Positions 39,765 through 48,730 of a stretch of 64,000 bases of DNA are shown here, piece by piece. Source of the stretch: a virus; the IMG/VR virus record IMGVR_UViG_3300034104_005002, positions 64,001 through 128,000 of that record; one strand, 5' to 3'. A model generated the notes under the pieces. It searched no databases and was not told the origin of the DNA. It saw nothing but the letters and a program-made list of their open reading frames with translations. A program made the position numbers and the translations under genes. Every line of letters begins with the position of its first letter. Within the stretch, counting starts at the first letter, position 1.

Positions 39765-39805
39765 GCGCAAGGGCGTTATTACATAAAACTAGAAACTACT
39801 CCTGC
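39765..39805 (+). repeat. Element R5 core
   Basis: GCGC-aagg-GCGT then TATTACATAAAACTAGAAACTACTCCTGC; TATAAT at 39738. Confidence 0.8.
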
Positions 39806-39858
39806 AATTTTTTATTATTATAAAAAGAAAAGAGAGAATAAATCTCTCCTTTATATTT

Positions 39859-39987
39859 TTAGACGCGCCCAACGTAATGCTGAACGCCAGATTCCAAAGT
39901 TAATTTAACCGCCAGCTCCCAGGCCTCGTTTATATCCTGGGGAGCACGAAACAACTCCCACTGATTAGCACGGTAAATGATAATCAT
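39859..39987 (-). CDS. Hypothetical protein (42 aa)
   Basis: MIIIYRANQWELFRAPQDINEAWELAVKL...; manual translation. Confidence 0.55.
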   Translation of the reverse strand: MIIIYRANQWELFRAPQDINEAWELAVKLTLESGVQHYVGRV

Positions 39988-39990
39988 AAT

Positions 39991-40191
39991 TCAGGCAGCC
40001 AGAATAAGGTTTGCAACTATTTTTTCACCAGGCAATTCTTGGAGTTTATTATAAACAGCCTCGAATTGTTGAACCATGTTCAGATAATAAGCCGACAGAT
40101 GTGGGCTATTATCATAAACTGCCTGCTCTTCATCACACAAGACTGAAATAATGTCCAGGATTTCACCAGAGGTTAGAGTGATTTGAGTCAT
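39991..40191 (-). CDS. Hypothetical early protein
   Basis: Start reassigned to MTQITL, downstream of the promoter. Confidence 0.7.
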   Translation of the reverse strand: MTQITLTSGEILDIISVLCDEEQAVYDNSPHLSAYYLNMVQQFEAVYNKLQELPGEKIVANLILAA

Positions 40192-40364
40192 GGGAAACAG
40201 GAGTTGTAGAGATTTTAGTGGTGGGTTTTCATCACACGTTACGTTGGTGATGACCCTTTTATTGTAAAGGGAGAGAATGGATGATTGGTCAGGACCTTGT
40301 GCCACTTAAACAACTGGCACACCATCAACCACGGTCCAGGTTTTTATAGTTTATACTATAAACA

Positions 40365-40405
40365 ACGCAGGGGCGTGATTACATAAAACGAGAAACTACT
40401 CCTGC
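40365..40405 (+). repeat. Element R6 core
   Basis: ACGC-aggg-GCGT then GATTACATAAAACGAGAAACTACTCCTGC; TATACT at 40352. Confidence 0.8.
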
Positions 40406-40456
40406 ACTTTTATATTATTATAAAAAACGGGAGAGATTTATTCTCTCCTTTATACT

Positions 40457-40609
40457 TCAGATCCTCCCTACACAAACTGGATTTTGTGAGTTTAGATCGA
40501 GCATAAGAATAAATCTATACATCGTCGTTGACATACAAACAAACAGAAAAGCTCCCATGACTAAACAAACAAAAATGGTACGAATGGTTGAAAAATTAAT
40601 TTGTCCCAT
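40457..40609 (-). CDS. Small membrane protein (50 aa)
   Basis: MGQINFSTIRTIFVCLVMGAFLFVCM...; has its own early promoter. Confidence 0.6.
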   Translation of the reverse strand: MGQINFSTIRTIFVCLVMGAFLFVCMSTTMYRFILMLDLNSQNPVCVGRI

Positions 40610-40660
40610 GGTGTTTTTGTGTTGACCCTTTTATTGTAAAGGGAGAGAATGGATGATTGG

Positions 40661-40822
40661 TCAGGACCTTGTGCCACTTAAACAACTGGCACACTCCGTA
40701 ACTTGATTTGATTGCAATAGATTCATTTTAATAAGAGCCGCATCAAATGCAGATGTAATTAAAACGAAAATAACCGAAAAAACAAAAATAACACAAAAGT
40801 CCTTAAAAGTAATTGGTCCCAT
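40661..40822 (-). CDS. Small membrane protein (53 aa), paralog of 40457-40609
   Basis: MGPITFKDFCVIFVFSVIFVLITSAF...; identical leader and start region. Confidence 0.6.
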   Translation of the reverse strand: MGPITFKDFCVIFVFSVIFVLITSAFDAALIKMNLLQSNQVTECASCLSGTRS

Positions 40823-40874
40823 GGTGTTTTTGTGTTGACTGGTTTATTATAAGATGTGGTGAAATTGGTTTTTA

Positions 40875-41084
40875 TTAAATATCCTGAAACCCCCTACCAC
40901 TAACAAGAGCTATCTGGTCAGCATCTTCCGAAACAAGAAAAATCTGGGAACTGCCAATAATGTCTATACGAGTGCGTCGAGGATAATCATCATGTTCGGC
41001 TATTTGCTGAATAAAGAGTATTTTATTTGGATCTAGGTAAACTGGCTCACGAGTTTGCCAATCGGTTAATTTAAGAAATTCCAT
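40875..41084 (-). CDS. Hypothetical protein (FlbD-like small beta protein)
   Basis: MEFLKLT...PVYLDP.KI..I...T.I......V.E pattern. Confidence 0.6.
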   Translation of the reverse strand: MEFLKLTDWQTREPVYLDPNKILFIQQIAEHDDYPRRTRIDIIGSSQIFLVSEDADQIALVSGRGFQDI

Positions 41085-41250
41085 TGACGATAATGGTGTA
41101 ATGACTAGCTTATTATAAGGGAGATAATGCGTGACTGGTCAGGGCCTTGTGACACTTAAACAACTGGCACACTTATGCCCTTCTCCGCGTTACTAGCAAC
41201 TAGAATAAACTCAGTCGATAGGAGACACCCACCCGCTCAAAATTAAATCA

Positions 41251-41291
41251 GCGAAGGGTCGCAATGATATAAAACTGGACACTTATCCTGC
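41251..41291 (+). repeat. Element R7 core
   Basis: GCGA-aggg-TCGC then AATGATATAAAACTGGACACTTATCCTGC. Confidence 0.8.
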
Positions 41292-41358
41292 CATATTATA
41301 TTTTTATAAAGAATAGAAAAAAATCCAGAGTATAAACACCCTGGATTAGATTTTTATG

Positions 41359-41637
41359 TCATTCTTTCAGATGACAAATATCAGCATGATTGAACTTCTT
41401 AATCATAAGAAAACTGATACGAATTGGTTGCTCTGCAAGATAAAACCACACTCCAGTTTCATCAATTCCAATTTCACCATCAACCGATGATAGGTCTACA
41501 CAATCACCTCCATCATTATCAGCAATGTATGGGGAATCATCCATATCATAACCAACAAAGTAAAGAGTATCATTCAAGACTACAGCATAGGCCTCTGCCA
41601 AAAGATTATGGAAAGTATCAAGAGAAATTGTTGCCAT
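41359..41637 (-). CDS. Hypothetical acidic early protein
   Basis: Start reassigned to MATISL. Confidence 0.7.
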   Translation of the reverse strand: MATISLDTFHNLLAEAYAVVLNDTLYFVGYDMDDSPYIADNDGGDCVDLSSVDGEIGIDETGVWFYLAEQPIRISFLMIKKFNHADICHLKE

Positions 41638-42048
41638 TTGTGTCTGGTGTGGTTGACTCATACAGTGTAACCCATAAGAACCGGTCCCAGTGGACAGTTC
41701 ATAAAGTGACACATACAACAAATACCCCTAAAGATTTTTGGATTTTTTATCCAAACTGGGGCAAACCTAGTATTTTATTGTATAATACACGATGTTCGAC
41801 TTTCTTATAAACTTTAATACTTTATCCCGTAGGAGTATGTAAGAGGTTTATAATAAAGAGAGAACAATTGTCTTTTGTTTAGAACAGTGACCGAATCAAT
41901 GATTCCTGGGTGTTCATTATAAAAAACAATTCTTATCACAATTATATTTAGCATCTTTATGTGGTGGACAGTTGCGAAAGTGTCTGTTTTTTATGATCTT
42001 TTCTGTTTTTTATGATATAATTGTGGGTTGTGTATTTTATGCAGGCCA

Positions 42049-42264
42049 ATACTACTACATAAAAAAGACTAAATTATAAATTATAAAATATAAAATATAA
42101 AATATAAAATAATACAGATATACTACTACATAAAAAAGACTAAATTATAAAATATAAAATAATATAGACATAAAAACAAAATAATACAGATATACTACTA
42201 CATAAAAACAAAATAATACAGATATACTACGAAATAATACAAATAGTACAAATATATTATACAC
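42049..42264 (+). repeat. AT-rich iterated tract (candidate replication origin)
   Basis: ATACTACTACATAAAAA at 42049, 42120, 42192 (partial at 42224), interleaved with ATATAAA and AATAATACAGAT repeats; very few G on the plus strand. Confidence 0.75.
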
Positions 42265-42352
42265 GAATACTAAAAAATTGCCGTAAGGACGTATATTCGC
42301 CCAAATTTTAGACTGCCATAAAAATAAATAACTAGGTTAAGGAATTATAACA

Positions 42353-42931
42353 ATGAACAATCTAAAAGAAGTCTCTAAAATAGAAGGTCTTGAAGATTTC
42401 TCTGGGTATTTTGTAGATATTCATGGGAATGTATATTCCAACAGACAGAAAAATAAAGGACTAAAAAAGAAAGCATTTTTTAAGAGTGGAATAGGTCCCA
42501 GTTATAACAAAGTTATACTATGTGGAAAGAATGGTGTAACAAGAGCCTTTTACGTGCATATACTGGTAGGGAAACTTTTTATTCCTAAAAGTAATCATAG
42601 AAAATACTTCATTCACAGATCAGATGATGTTTACGATAATTCACTGGAAAATATCATAAGCGTAGATAAATACCGCGTTAAAAAGGATCATAAGATGGGG
42701 CGGCCACGCACCAGACCGGAAATGATAAATGATCTGGAAAAAGAATCCATCCTATCCGATAAATTAGTGGCCGAATTGAAACTTTTTTATAAGGCAGCAG
42801 TGATAAAAGGAGCCTATCAGGGTAAAGAATTTGACTTTATAGATGAAATGGTTACAGAATTGATGGATATGTACGCGAATCAGAGAGGTTTAAAAAAAAT
42901 CCTTCATCAGATTCGACAGGAGGAAGGGTAG
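42353..42931 (+). CDS. Degenerate NUMOD4/HNH-derived DNA-binding protein
   Basis: GYFVD.HGNVYS, YVHILV..LFIP, H...DVYDNSLEN; helical C-terminus; ATAAATA box and AGGA RBS upstream. Confidence 0.7.
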   Translation: MNNLKEVSKIEGLEDFSGYFVDIHGNVYSNRQKNKGLKKKAFFKSGIGPSYNKVILCGKNGVTRAFYVHILVGKLFIPKSNHRKYFIHRSDDVYDNSLENIISVDKYRVKKDHKMGRPRTRPEMINDLEKESILSDKLVAELKLFYKAAVIKGAYQGKEFDFIDEMVTELMDMYANQRGLKKILHQIRQEEG

Positions 42932-42966
42932 CGGTCTGGGATCGAGAAAAAGTGAAAGAATCCCTT

Positions 42967-43151
42967 TTATGGGAGGCTGTCTAACATTTTCCAATGAGTC
43001 ACATTTTGAACAATATAAGCATCAGGACCTTTCATTATCCAATAATCTGCTCCCATTTCAAGATCAACTTGCTCATTGTCCTTTTCCATCAGTGAAAATA
43101 ACTTCTATAGATCGCCATTCATTGGACATTTACTGGGATCCAATTGTTCAT
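42967..43151 (-). pseudogene. DUF551-like pseudogene
   Basis: MNNWIPV / EVIFTDGK / VQNVTHWKMLDSLP, split by frameshifts and stops. Confidence 0.55.
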
Positions 43152-43153
43152 AA

Positions 43154-43324
43154 TCAAGAATAGTAATTTTCAAGAGCAATTTCTACCTCGTTAGAGTTTA
43201 TTCCATGAACATAATTGTATGCCGCACGTAAATAAAAACCACTCCTAATCCCCTCGCCTTTTTTCATTGAAGAAACTGCCTCGTCTAACATATAAACGAG
43301 TTTCAAATCATGGGAAGATTTCAT
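43154..43324 (-). CDS. Hypothetical protein (56 aa)
   Basis: MKSSHDLKLVYMLDEAV...; manual translation. Confidence 0.55.
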   Translation of the reverse strand: MKSSHDLKLVYMLDEAVSSMKKGEGIRSGFYLRAAYNYVHGINSNEVEIALENYYS

Positions 43325-43326
43325 AA

Positions 43327-43452
43327 TCAAGCAGAATAAATTTCAGGATAGAAATACCAAGTACCTTTATTATCATCTACCAATCTAAGATCAAATCCAT
43401 ACTTATCTGCAACTGCCTTTAATTCTTGTTCGGCGGATTTGAACAGTTGCAT
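43327..43452 (-). CDS. Hypothetical protein (41 aa)
   Basis: MQLFKSAEQELKAVADKYGF...; manual translation. Confidence 0.5.
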   Translation of the reverse strand: MQLFKSAEQELKAVADKYGFDLRLVDDNKGTWYFYPEIYSA

Positions 43453-43467
43453 CTGGAGGATAATAAT

Positions 43468-43752
43468 TCATAGTTTTTGAATAATTTTTGCTGCCTTAAT
43501 TGCGAGTTTATCGGTTTTTGCATTTGTTTTCAAGAAAACATTTGCCTCAGGTGCATTTTGTTTGATTGGTGTTACCTTGCGAATTGGTGTGGAATTAGTG
43601 GCCAGTTGCCTCAGAATAACATCGGCCATTTGTTCTACTTTTTGTTCGTGGGCGACTTTAATTTTGTTCTTACGCCTAAGGGCGTCATTCATAACTCTCC
43701 CCTCTTTAATCAGTTGACTCACACGTTGGCGGCGAAGTTCTAGGGTGTTCAT
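43468..43752 (-). CDS. Hypothetical basic protein
   Basis: 94-aa ORF behind an early promoter. Confidence 0.75.
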   Translation of the reverse strand: MNTLELRRQRVSQLIKEGRVMNDALRRKNKIKVAHEQKVEQMADVILRQLATNSTPIRKVTPIKQNAPEANVFLKTNAKTDKLAIKAAKIIQKL

Positions 43753-43866
43753 TTGAGTGGTTGTGAACTGAGGTTATTGTAGCAGGTAGAATAGTCTGGT
43801 GAGTCTGGCGCTTGTGCCAGTTTGGTGACTGGCACATTATAAAAAGGAAAGGGATCTCTCTTATAA

Positions 43867-45339
43867 TCAATCCTCTACAATAACCTTGGTCAGATGGTGC
43901 TTTGCGCGAGTTACCTGAACATAAAGAAGATTATCTTCTTGTTGTAATTCCCAGTCCTGTTTGGCCCATTTGGACGGAGAATAATGATTCATTCCCAGGG
44001 AGAATACTCGATTCCATTCCCTACCTTTGGACCTATGAATCGTGGACAATACAAGAATCTTTTTATTCTCGGTATCATCAAACAATTCCCGAATCTTATT
44101 GATTAGAGTAGAAATAGGATCATCAAATGCACACTGATCAATAAAGACCATAAGTGTTTCTACCTGATCCTCGATTACCTGACACTTGGTATCATTTCCT
44201 TTTTCTTTATACTTTTGAATCTCTTTTTCCTTATAAATTTCTAACTTATTGATCAGGGTCTTGACGGTGTTTACCTTCCACCTTGTTGCAAGTTTGATTA
44301 GACCTTCACCGATCTTTCTTCCTTCTACCTTACAAGGAATTTTGTTTCGGATAAGATTATAAGCAACCTCCACAAGAGGCTTAGTATTGCGGCAGATGAT
44401 TGCATCCTCTTGAATTACAAGTTTGGCGAGATCTTTTAGGGTACATTCGTCTACAATTCCATCCGGGGAATCGGGGTGAGATTCAACATGCGAAACAAAT
44501 TTTTGGGCCTCTTTTACTACATTTTTGGGGCAGCGGAATGTCACAGAAAGAGGCAGCTCAACTGCATTAAAATCTTTCTTGATTAGATCCAGGGCATTAG
44601 AATCGGCGCCCGTAAATCCATAAATTGCCTGATGTGGATCACCAACCGCAATAAGCCTACCAGACTTTTTAAGCATCATTTTAACTAATGCCCTGCGAGT
44701 TGCATTAGTATCTTGGGCCTCATCAAGAAAAATATAATCGTACTGCCAGATTTTGAGCCTGTTGCGAATCGGCAGATAAATCATGTCTGCAAAATCCACC
44801 ACACTTGTAATCTGGTTAGAGATACTAAGAAGATATTGACACGCATCTACAGCAGTATCATCAGAAACAGTGGTCGGCAGATTATCCCACAGATCATAAT
44901 GATCAAACATCTGGGTCCAATTATTATAATCATCGTCGATACATGCACCGATTCCGACTTCTTTGGCCATTGCAACAGCAGATGTCACAAATGGGCGCAG
45001 GATTTCGTGCTCATTATTAAATTCTTCCCTGGCCAGATTTTGTAACTTATTTCCGTCTACACTGATTCTGGAATAGGCCCTTCTAAGAGCACCAAAACCG
45101 AAACTATGAACAGTGCCCACCTTTACATCTTTATTGATATTCTGTTGGTTTACTCTACATTCAATTTCTTTTGCAATTGCCTTATTGAATGCACAAAAGG
45201 CGGTGGTGCCTTTTGTTACTTTTAACATTTCAATCAGCGTGCTTGTCTTACCAGCACCCGCGACGGCAGAAAGTATAATCGATCCCTTCCCACTCTCGAC
45301 TTCGTTAATGGCGACAGACTGTTGGGGTGAAAGTTGCAT
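43867..45339 (-). CDS. UvrD/Rep-like superfamily 1 helicase
   Basis: AVAGAGKT, DEAQD, VGDPHQAIYGFTGA, LSVTFRCP, LSTIHRSKGREW, YVQVTRAK. Confidence 0.93.
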   Translation of the reverse strand: MQLSPQQSVAINEVESGKGSIILSAVAGAGKTSTLIEMLKVTKGTTAFCAFNKAIAKEIECRVNQQNINKDVKVGTVHSFGFGALRRAYSRISVDGNKLQNLAREEFNNEHEILRPFVTSAVAMAKEVGIGACIDDDYNNWTQMFDHYDLWDNLPTTVSDDTAVDACQYLLSISNQITSVVDFADMIYLPIRNRLKIWQYDYIFLDEAQDTNATRRALVKMMLKKSGRLIAVGDPHQAIYGFTGADSNALDLIKKDFNAVELPLSVTFRCPKNVVKEAQKFVSHVESHPDSPDGIVDECTLKDLAKLVIQEDAIICRNTKPLVEVAYNLIRNKIPCKVEGRKIGEGLIKLATRWKVNTVKTLINKLEIYKEKEIQKYKEKGNDTKCQVIEDQVETLMVFIDQCAFDDPISTLINKIRELFDDTENKKILVLSTIHRSKGREWNRVFSLGMNHYSPSKWAKQDWELQQEDNLLYVQVTRAKHHLTKVIVED

Positions 45340-45414
45340 GATAGGGGTGTCCCTGAACTGAGGTTATTGTAGCAGGTAGAATAGTCTGGTGAGTCTGGCG
45401 CTTGTGCCAGTTAG

Positions 45415-46035
45415 TCAGGTGTCCAAAAGAGACTTGATTTTGTTTTTAAGTTCTTTAAGTTCTTTTTCTAATTCCTGAATTTTCTTGTCCTTATCATCAA
45501 GAACTTCTTTCTTTTCAAGAATTGTATTCTTTACATTGGCGCCCCAAAGATTGGCGCCCACAAGATTGGCGCCCCCAAGATCGGCGCCCTCAAGATTGGC
45601 GTACTGAAGATCGGCGCCCCGAAGATTGGCGCCCCGAAGATTGGCGTCCCGAAGATCGGCGCCCCGAAGATCGGCGCCCCGAAGATCGGCGTCCCGAAGA
45701 TTGGCGTCCCGAAGATCGGCTATCCCAAGATCGGCGCCCTCAAGATCGGCACCCACAAGATTGGCGTCCCGAAGATTGGCACCCACAAGATCAGCATCCC
45801 CAAGATCGGCGCCCACAAGATTGACCCCCCGAAGATTGACCCCCTCAAGATTGGCGTCCCGAAGATTGGCACCCACAAGATCAGCATCCCCAAGATCGGC
45901 GCCCACAAGATTGGCGCCCTCAAGATTGGCGCCCCGAAGATTGAAGTACTGAAGAATGGCGCCCACAAGATTGGCGTTCCGAAGATTGGCGCCCCATCCA
46001 ATAGTGTACTCTTTTCCGTTAATGGTTTTTTTCAT
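45415..46035 (-). CDS. Pentapeptide repeat protein
   Basis: About 30 A(N/D)Lxx repeats plus a C-terminal coiled coil. Confidence 0.92.
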   Translation of the reverse strand: MKKTINGKEYTIGWGANLRNANLVGAILQYFNLRGANLEGANLVGADLGDADLVGANLRDANLEGVNLRGVNLVGADLGDADLVGANLRDANLVGADLEGADLGIADLRDANLRDADLRGADLRGADLRDANLRGANLRGADLQYANLEGADLGGANLVGANLWGANVKNTILEKKEVLDDKDKKIQELEKELKELKNKIKSLLDT

Positions 46036-46139
46036 GGCTGGTTTGGTTGAACTGAGACTATTGTAAGTCTAGGAAGGTGGTCAGAGGTTGGCGCTTGTGC
46101 CAGTTTGGTGACTGGCATATTATAAAGAGCAGAGAGAAA

Positions 46140-46694
46140 TTATCGTAGCTTATTTCTATAAAATTCAATCACCCATTTTTGAATCTGAATAATAGCCTCG
46201 TCCGGTACTTTATAATCAGGATTGTCACCTGATTCAGATTGATAATTATTCATTTCAGTATAAAGGTCCTCCCAATAAACCTGACCTTGGGGTGAACTAT
46301 GCCATGTAAACATAGTGACAAGATCCAAAAAATTTGGACAATCTAAGAATGACAGGGCACGATCTAGTATAAAATCTTTAGGGAGTGTATTCTCTTTTTC
46401 TTCTTCTTTCAGTCGTTCAATTTCTTTTTGAAGATCCTCGACTTGTTGCTCTAGTTTTTGATACTTTTTCATGGGTTTAATTTTGATAATGTTGCATGGA
46501 GAGAATGGGTAACGATCAGACTGATAAAAACCATCAACAGTAAATGTATCAAAATTTTTCAGTCCAACTTTATAATTAAGTTCAGTTTCTCTATAGCTGA
46601 TTTTATAAGTCACGACTCCGACAATTTTTTCTCCACATTGTAGAGTTGCCTCTACTTCTTGACCTACAAACTTAGAAAGATCAATTTTCATCAC
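46140..46694 (-). CDS. Hypothetical protein (N-terminal Sm-like/small barrel motif, coiled coil)
   Basis: IDLSKFVGQEVEATLQCG; similar to the repeats in 63018-63557. Confidence 0.7.
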   Translation of the reverse strand: MMKIDLSKFVGQEVEATLQCGEKIVGVVTYKISYRETELNYKVGLKNFDTFTVDGFYQSDRYPFSPCNIIKIKPMKKYQKLEQQVEDLQKEIERLKEEEKENTLPKDFILDRALSFLDCPNFLDLVTMFTWHSSPQGQVYWEDLYTEMNNYQSESGDNPDYKVPDEAIIQIQKWVIEFYRNKLR

Positions 46695-46915
46695 CAGTCC
46701 CGATCATCAATTGGCATCCATTCAATATCCATTTCTTCAAGAATATCAATTGTAATCTCTTCTTCAAGAAGAGAAATTTCTGCACGACAGATACAATCTG
46801 CATATTCTGGTGGATCATAAAGTGTGGCCCCAGAAACCATTACTCCATCCTCAATAATTGCCTCCACGATGAAGTAATTATCTCGTGGAGTGATAGATTC
46901 AATTGATTTGATCAT
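46691..46915 (-). CDS. Hypothetical acidic protein
   Basis: Start MIKSIE; ATLYDPPEY motif. Confidence 0.65.
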   Translation of the reverse strand: MIKSIESITPRDNYFIVEAIIEDGVMVSGATLYDPPEYADCICRAEISLLEEEITIDILEEMDIEWMPIDDRDW

Positions 46916-47067
46916 TTGTCTTGAGAATAAAGAACCGAATAGTGATTTGCCAGTTCTACTGCAGTCGCAGTCACCGGATCGCCACGAAAAAGACACATTT
47001 CTTCATCCTTATAAGCAACCCAGATAGTTTGCTGGGTTTGAATGTCAGAGGCAAGAATGAAAGACAT
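46912..47067 (-). CDS. Hypothetical protein
   Basis: Start MSFILAS, coupled to its neighbours. Confidence 0.55.
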   Translation of the reverse strand: MSFILASDIQTQQTIWVAYKDEEMCLFRGDPVTATAVELANHYSVLYSQDK

Positions 47068-47252
47068 CAGCAATCGTAGATTTTGTTGAAATTGTATTGT
47101 TGCCGGAACCATTCTTGCTCATATTCCTCAAAAATAGGAAGATCAACAAGAAAATTGTAATGCTGCGCCCAAAAATTACAAAGCCATGGAATCATCGCAT
47201 TAAGATCATTTCCATGAAGCGCAAGAGAGAAAGAATAAAGTTCGTTGTCCAT
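47067..47252 (-). CDS. Hypothetical protein
   Basis: 61-aa ORF behind an early promoter. Confidence 0.65.
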   Translation of the reverse strand: MDNELYSFSLALHGNDLNAMIPWLCNFWAQHYNFLVDLPIFEEYEQEWFRQQYNFNKIYDC

Positions 47253-47331
47253 AGTGTGATTTGCTTGGGACTTCCTTATTATGATGGATGGTGGGCTGGT
47301 TTGGGTGGATCAGTGGACAGTTTGGGAAGTG

Positions 47332-47592
47332 TCACACTTCTTTAACTTCTTTAAGAGTCAAACCATCACCAATCTGCATTGCATAATGAATTTCATTAAA
47401 ACTATGCGCAATTGATTCAAAAATCATAGAACTAGTAGGTTCCTCTCCTCCCCAAAATTCACTATCAGTTTTATATTCAAACGTAATTGTAAAAGTTTTT
47501 TCCACTTTTGAATTCTCTTCTTTAATTCGATCTTCTAGCTGGGCTAGTTGATTTTTGATAGAGGCAATTTGTTGCTGAATAGAAAGAGCCAT
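47332..47592 (-). CDS. Hypothetical protein
   Basis: 86-aa ORF. Confidence 0.7.
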   Translation of the reverse strand: MALSIQQQIASIKNQLAQLEDRIKEENSKVEKTFTITFEYKTDSEFWGGEEPTSSMIFESIAHSFNEIHYAMQIGDGLTLKEVKEV

Positions 47593-47600
47593 GATAAAAA

Positions 47601-48014
47601 TTAGATAAAAGTATCCTCATAAGGATCATAAGAAGTTCCGAACTTTTCGGCCACGGACATTTTTAGATCATTAAATTGTTCCTGTACTGCTAAAATTGTT
47701 TCGCGCATCTGATTTTCAATTGAATCTGTTTTTTCTTTGAATAGTTCTAGAGCCCTATAATTAAGAGTCCCCTCTTGACGTTTGTACCAATAATTAACAA
47801 CTTGTTCTAGATCAATCTCCACACCATCAATTGTAAGAACCACATCATATTCATCTTTAGGTGTAGTTGGTTCAAATAGTTCTTGTTCAAGAAGCTCTAC
47901 AGCCTTAGCTACTCGGTTTTGGTTTTTTTGATCCAGAATAACAAAACAATCAAGAATAAATAGACCAAGTGGATCACCATTAAGAGATGTAACACGTCGA
48001 TTAGAGACTTTCAT
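47601..48014 (-). CDS. Hypothetical protein
   Basis: 137-aa ORF behind an early promoter. Confidence 0.75.
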   Translation of the reverse strand: MKVSNRRVTSLNGDPLGLFILDCFVILDQKNQNRVAKAVELLEQELFEPTTPKDEYDVVLTIDGVEIDLEQVVNYWYKRQEGTLNYRALELFKEKTDSIENQMRETILAVQEQFNDLKMSVAEKFGTSYDPYEDTFI

Positions 48015-48080
48015 AGGAATTGGTTGAACTGAGATCAGTATAAAAGAGAATTGATTGTTGGTGGTAGGTCAGTGGACAGT

Positions 48081-48473
48081 TCACAGACTGTCACGCTTGC
48101 CATAAAGATACAAATAATCGTCGAGAATAACTGGGGAAATTGAGAGAAAAGTGTCCAGTAATTCCTGATCACCATTAACTAAATTATAAAAATCTGAATA
48201 CTCATTTGCCATATATGTCCTGTGATTATAATTCATTGTTGCAATATATTTTACTTCTTTATTCTTGTCTGCTGTCAATACATCTAAAAACTCAATTGGT
48301 AGTTTTCGATTTAACGCAAGACCAAAACGAACATGAGAATTCCTATATTTTAGAAATTCTCGCATCTCACAATAAAATTCAGTGGTCTTGGCCTCCTCAA
48401 ACTTTTTAGAAATGTTCTTAAAATAGAAATGCACTGCGACAGGTGGAAGAATCAATAAAAATAGTTCAATCAT
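48081..48473 (-). CDS. Hypothetical protein (N-terminal TM segment)
   Basis: Start MIELFLLI. Confidence 0.65.
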   Translation of the reverse strand: MIELFLLILPPVAVHFYFKNISKKFEEAKTTEFYCEMREFLKYRNSHVRFGLALNRKLPIEFLDVLTADKNKEVKYIATMNYNHRTYMANEYSDFYNLVNGDQELLDTFLSISPVILDDYLYLYGKRDSL

Positions 48474-48726
48474 AATTGGGTAAGAAAGTAATGACTCGAT
48501 GGGTGCCAGGTTTACTATATTTTGGAGACCGTTTGGATAGTTTAATCCATTTCTCAATGTATGGTTCTAGACCGAGAGATTTTAGTTGCCTACAAAAATC
48601 ATGGGCTGTATTATATCTACGAAACCACCTATAATTGGCTGACCTTTCAAAATTATATTTGGGTGAAATATCAAAAAATTCTCCACCCTCACACCTGACT
48701 TCGTAATAATAATTTCTTTTATGCAT
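48466..48726 (-). CDS. Hypothetical protein
   Basis: 86-aa ORF in operon. Confidence 0.65.
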   Translation of the reverse strand: MHKRNYYYEVRCEGGEFFDISPKYNFERSANYRWFRRYNTAHDFCRQLKSLGLEPYIEKWIKLSKRSPKYSKPGTHRVITFLPNYD

Positions 48727-48730
48727 TATA

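Noticed and set aside
37312-40405. Minus-strand minigenes in the R elements (AGGAG..ATG TAA in R5/R6; a short peptide ORF in R3/R4)
   Set aside because: ATG is replaced by ATA in R1, R2 and R7, and the reading frames are not conserved.
36090-41291. R1-R7 as a CRISPR array
   Set aside because: The intervening sequences are 0.5-1.3 kb and contain genes, the repeats are degenerate, and there are no cas genes.
45522-46001. Repetitive RRPED / SAPRR / APIL ORFs
   Set aside because: Alternative-frame artefacts of the pentapeptide repeat.
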